Source of the DNA: Macrostomum hystrix
Lineage: Eukaryota > Animalia > Platyhelminthes
NCBI GenBank assembly: GCA_950097015.1
Contig: CATNEN010000038.1
Coordinates: 3,658,001 to 3,722,000 of the forward strand
Length of the DNA: 64,000 bases
Direction of reading: 5' to 3'
Each line of letters begins with the position of its first letter. Within the stretch, counting starts at the first letter, position 1. A model generated the notes under the pieces. That model saw only the letters and a list, made by a program, of their open reading frames with translations. It was not told where the DNA came from and did not search any database. Below, in pieces: positions 63,401 to 64,000 of the stretch. Both the position numbers and the translations under genes were made by a program.

Positions 63401-64000
63401 GTCTTACCTCCCCATGTCCTACCTCCCCATGTCTTACCTCCCCATGTCTTATAACCCCATGTCTTACCTCCCCATGTCTTATCTCCCCATGTCTTACCTC
63501 CCCATGTCTTATCTCCCCATGTCTTACCCCCTCATGTCTTACCTCCCCATGTCTTACCTCCCCATGTCCTACCTCCCCATGTCTTACCTCCCCATGTCTT
63601 ACCTCCCCATGTCTTACCTCCCCATGTCTTATCGTCCCATGTCTTACCTCCCCATGTCTTATCGTCCCATGTCTTATCTCCCCATGTCTTACCTCCCATG
63701 TCTATATCCAATGTCTTACCTCCCCATGTCTTACCTCCCCATGTCTTACCTCCCCATGTCCTATCTCTGCCATGTTATCGAGTTTCTGTGACTTTACTCA
63801 CTATAGTCTCTCTGATTATGAGCTAGAAAATGAGAGTAATTTGAATGTCTTTACTCTCTAAAATATTTAAGCAAAAACATTTGACAAGGTGACAAGCGGC
63901 TCGTGTGTATATTTGAGTAAAAGATCTCACTAAATAATAAAAAACTACAGTTGCTATGGGAGTAGGCTGAGCAAATACCGTGTCCAAGTCTAACTTTCCA
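60425..64000. repeat. Tandemly repeated block (flank + 15-bp CCCCATGTCTTACCT minisatellite + flank); two full units and the start of a third
   Basis: Units restart at CAGTTGCTATGGGAGTAGGCTGAG (~60425, ~61711, ~63948); minisatellites at 60563-61525 and 61839-63762. Confidence 0.95.

Overview
Repeat-rich animal (invertebrate) genomic DNA with spliceosomal introns; the style resembles flatworm genomes such as Macrostomum, which is an inference only. Roughly 40% is tandem mini/satellite DNA, and most very long ORFs in the track are satellite artefacts. Host genes I can support: (i) a minus-strand gene (~28.3-38.1 kb) that splices ~32 near-identical ankyrin repeats onto a Mab-21/cGAS-like nucleotidyltransferase (cGLR) with catalytic motifs present; (ii) three tandem copies of a two-exon secreted WSC + PAN/Apple-like gene, one broken; (iii) a COA1-like mitochondrial assembly-factor gene plus an orphan copy of its exon 1; (iv) two copies of a polyQ-rich terminal exon. 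Mobile elements: a decayed DD34D mariner, a 1-kb THAP-only P-like element, an R1/LOA-like LINE containing a solo LTR and a second APE-RT-RNaseH LINE that begins exactly at an HDV-like ribozyme, and small MITEs. The best candidate for a novel system is the ankyrin-cGLR locus. Its repeats vary mostly at the ankyrin binding-surface positions, and a 4.5-kb satellite just 3' of the gene is built from inverted, degenerate copies of the gene's own ankyrin repeat.
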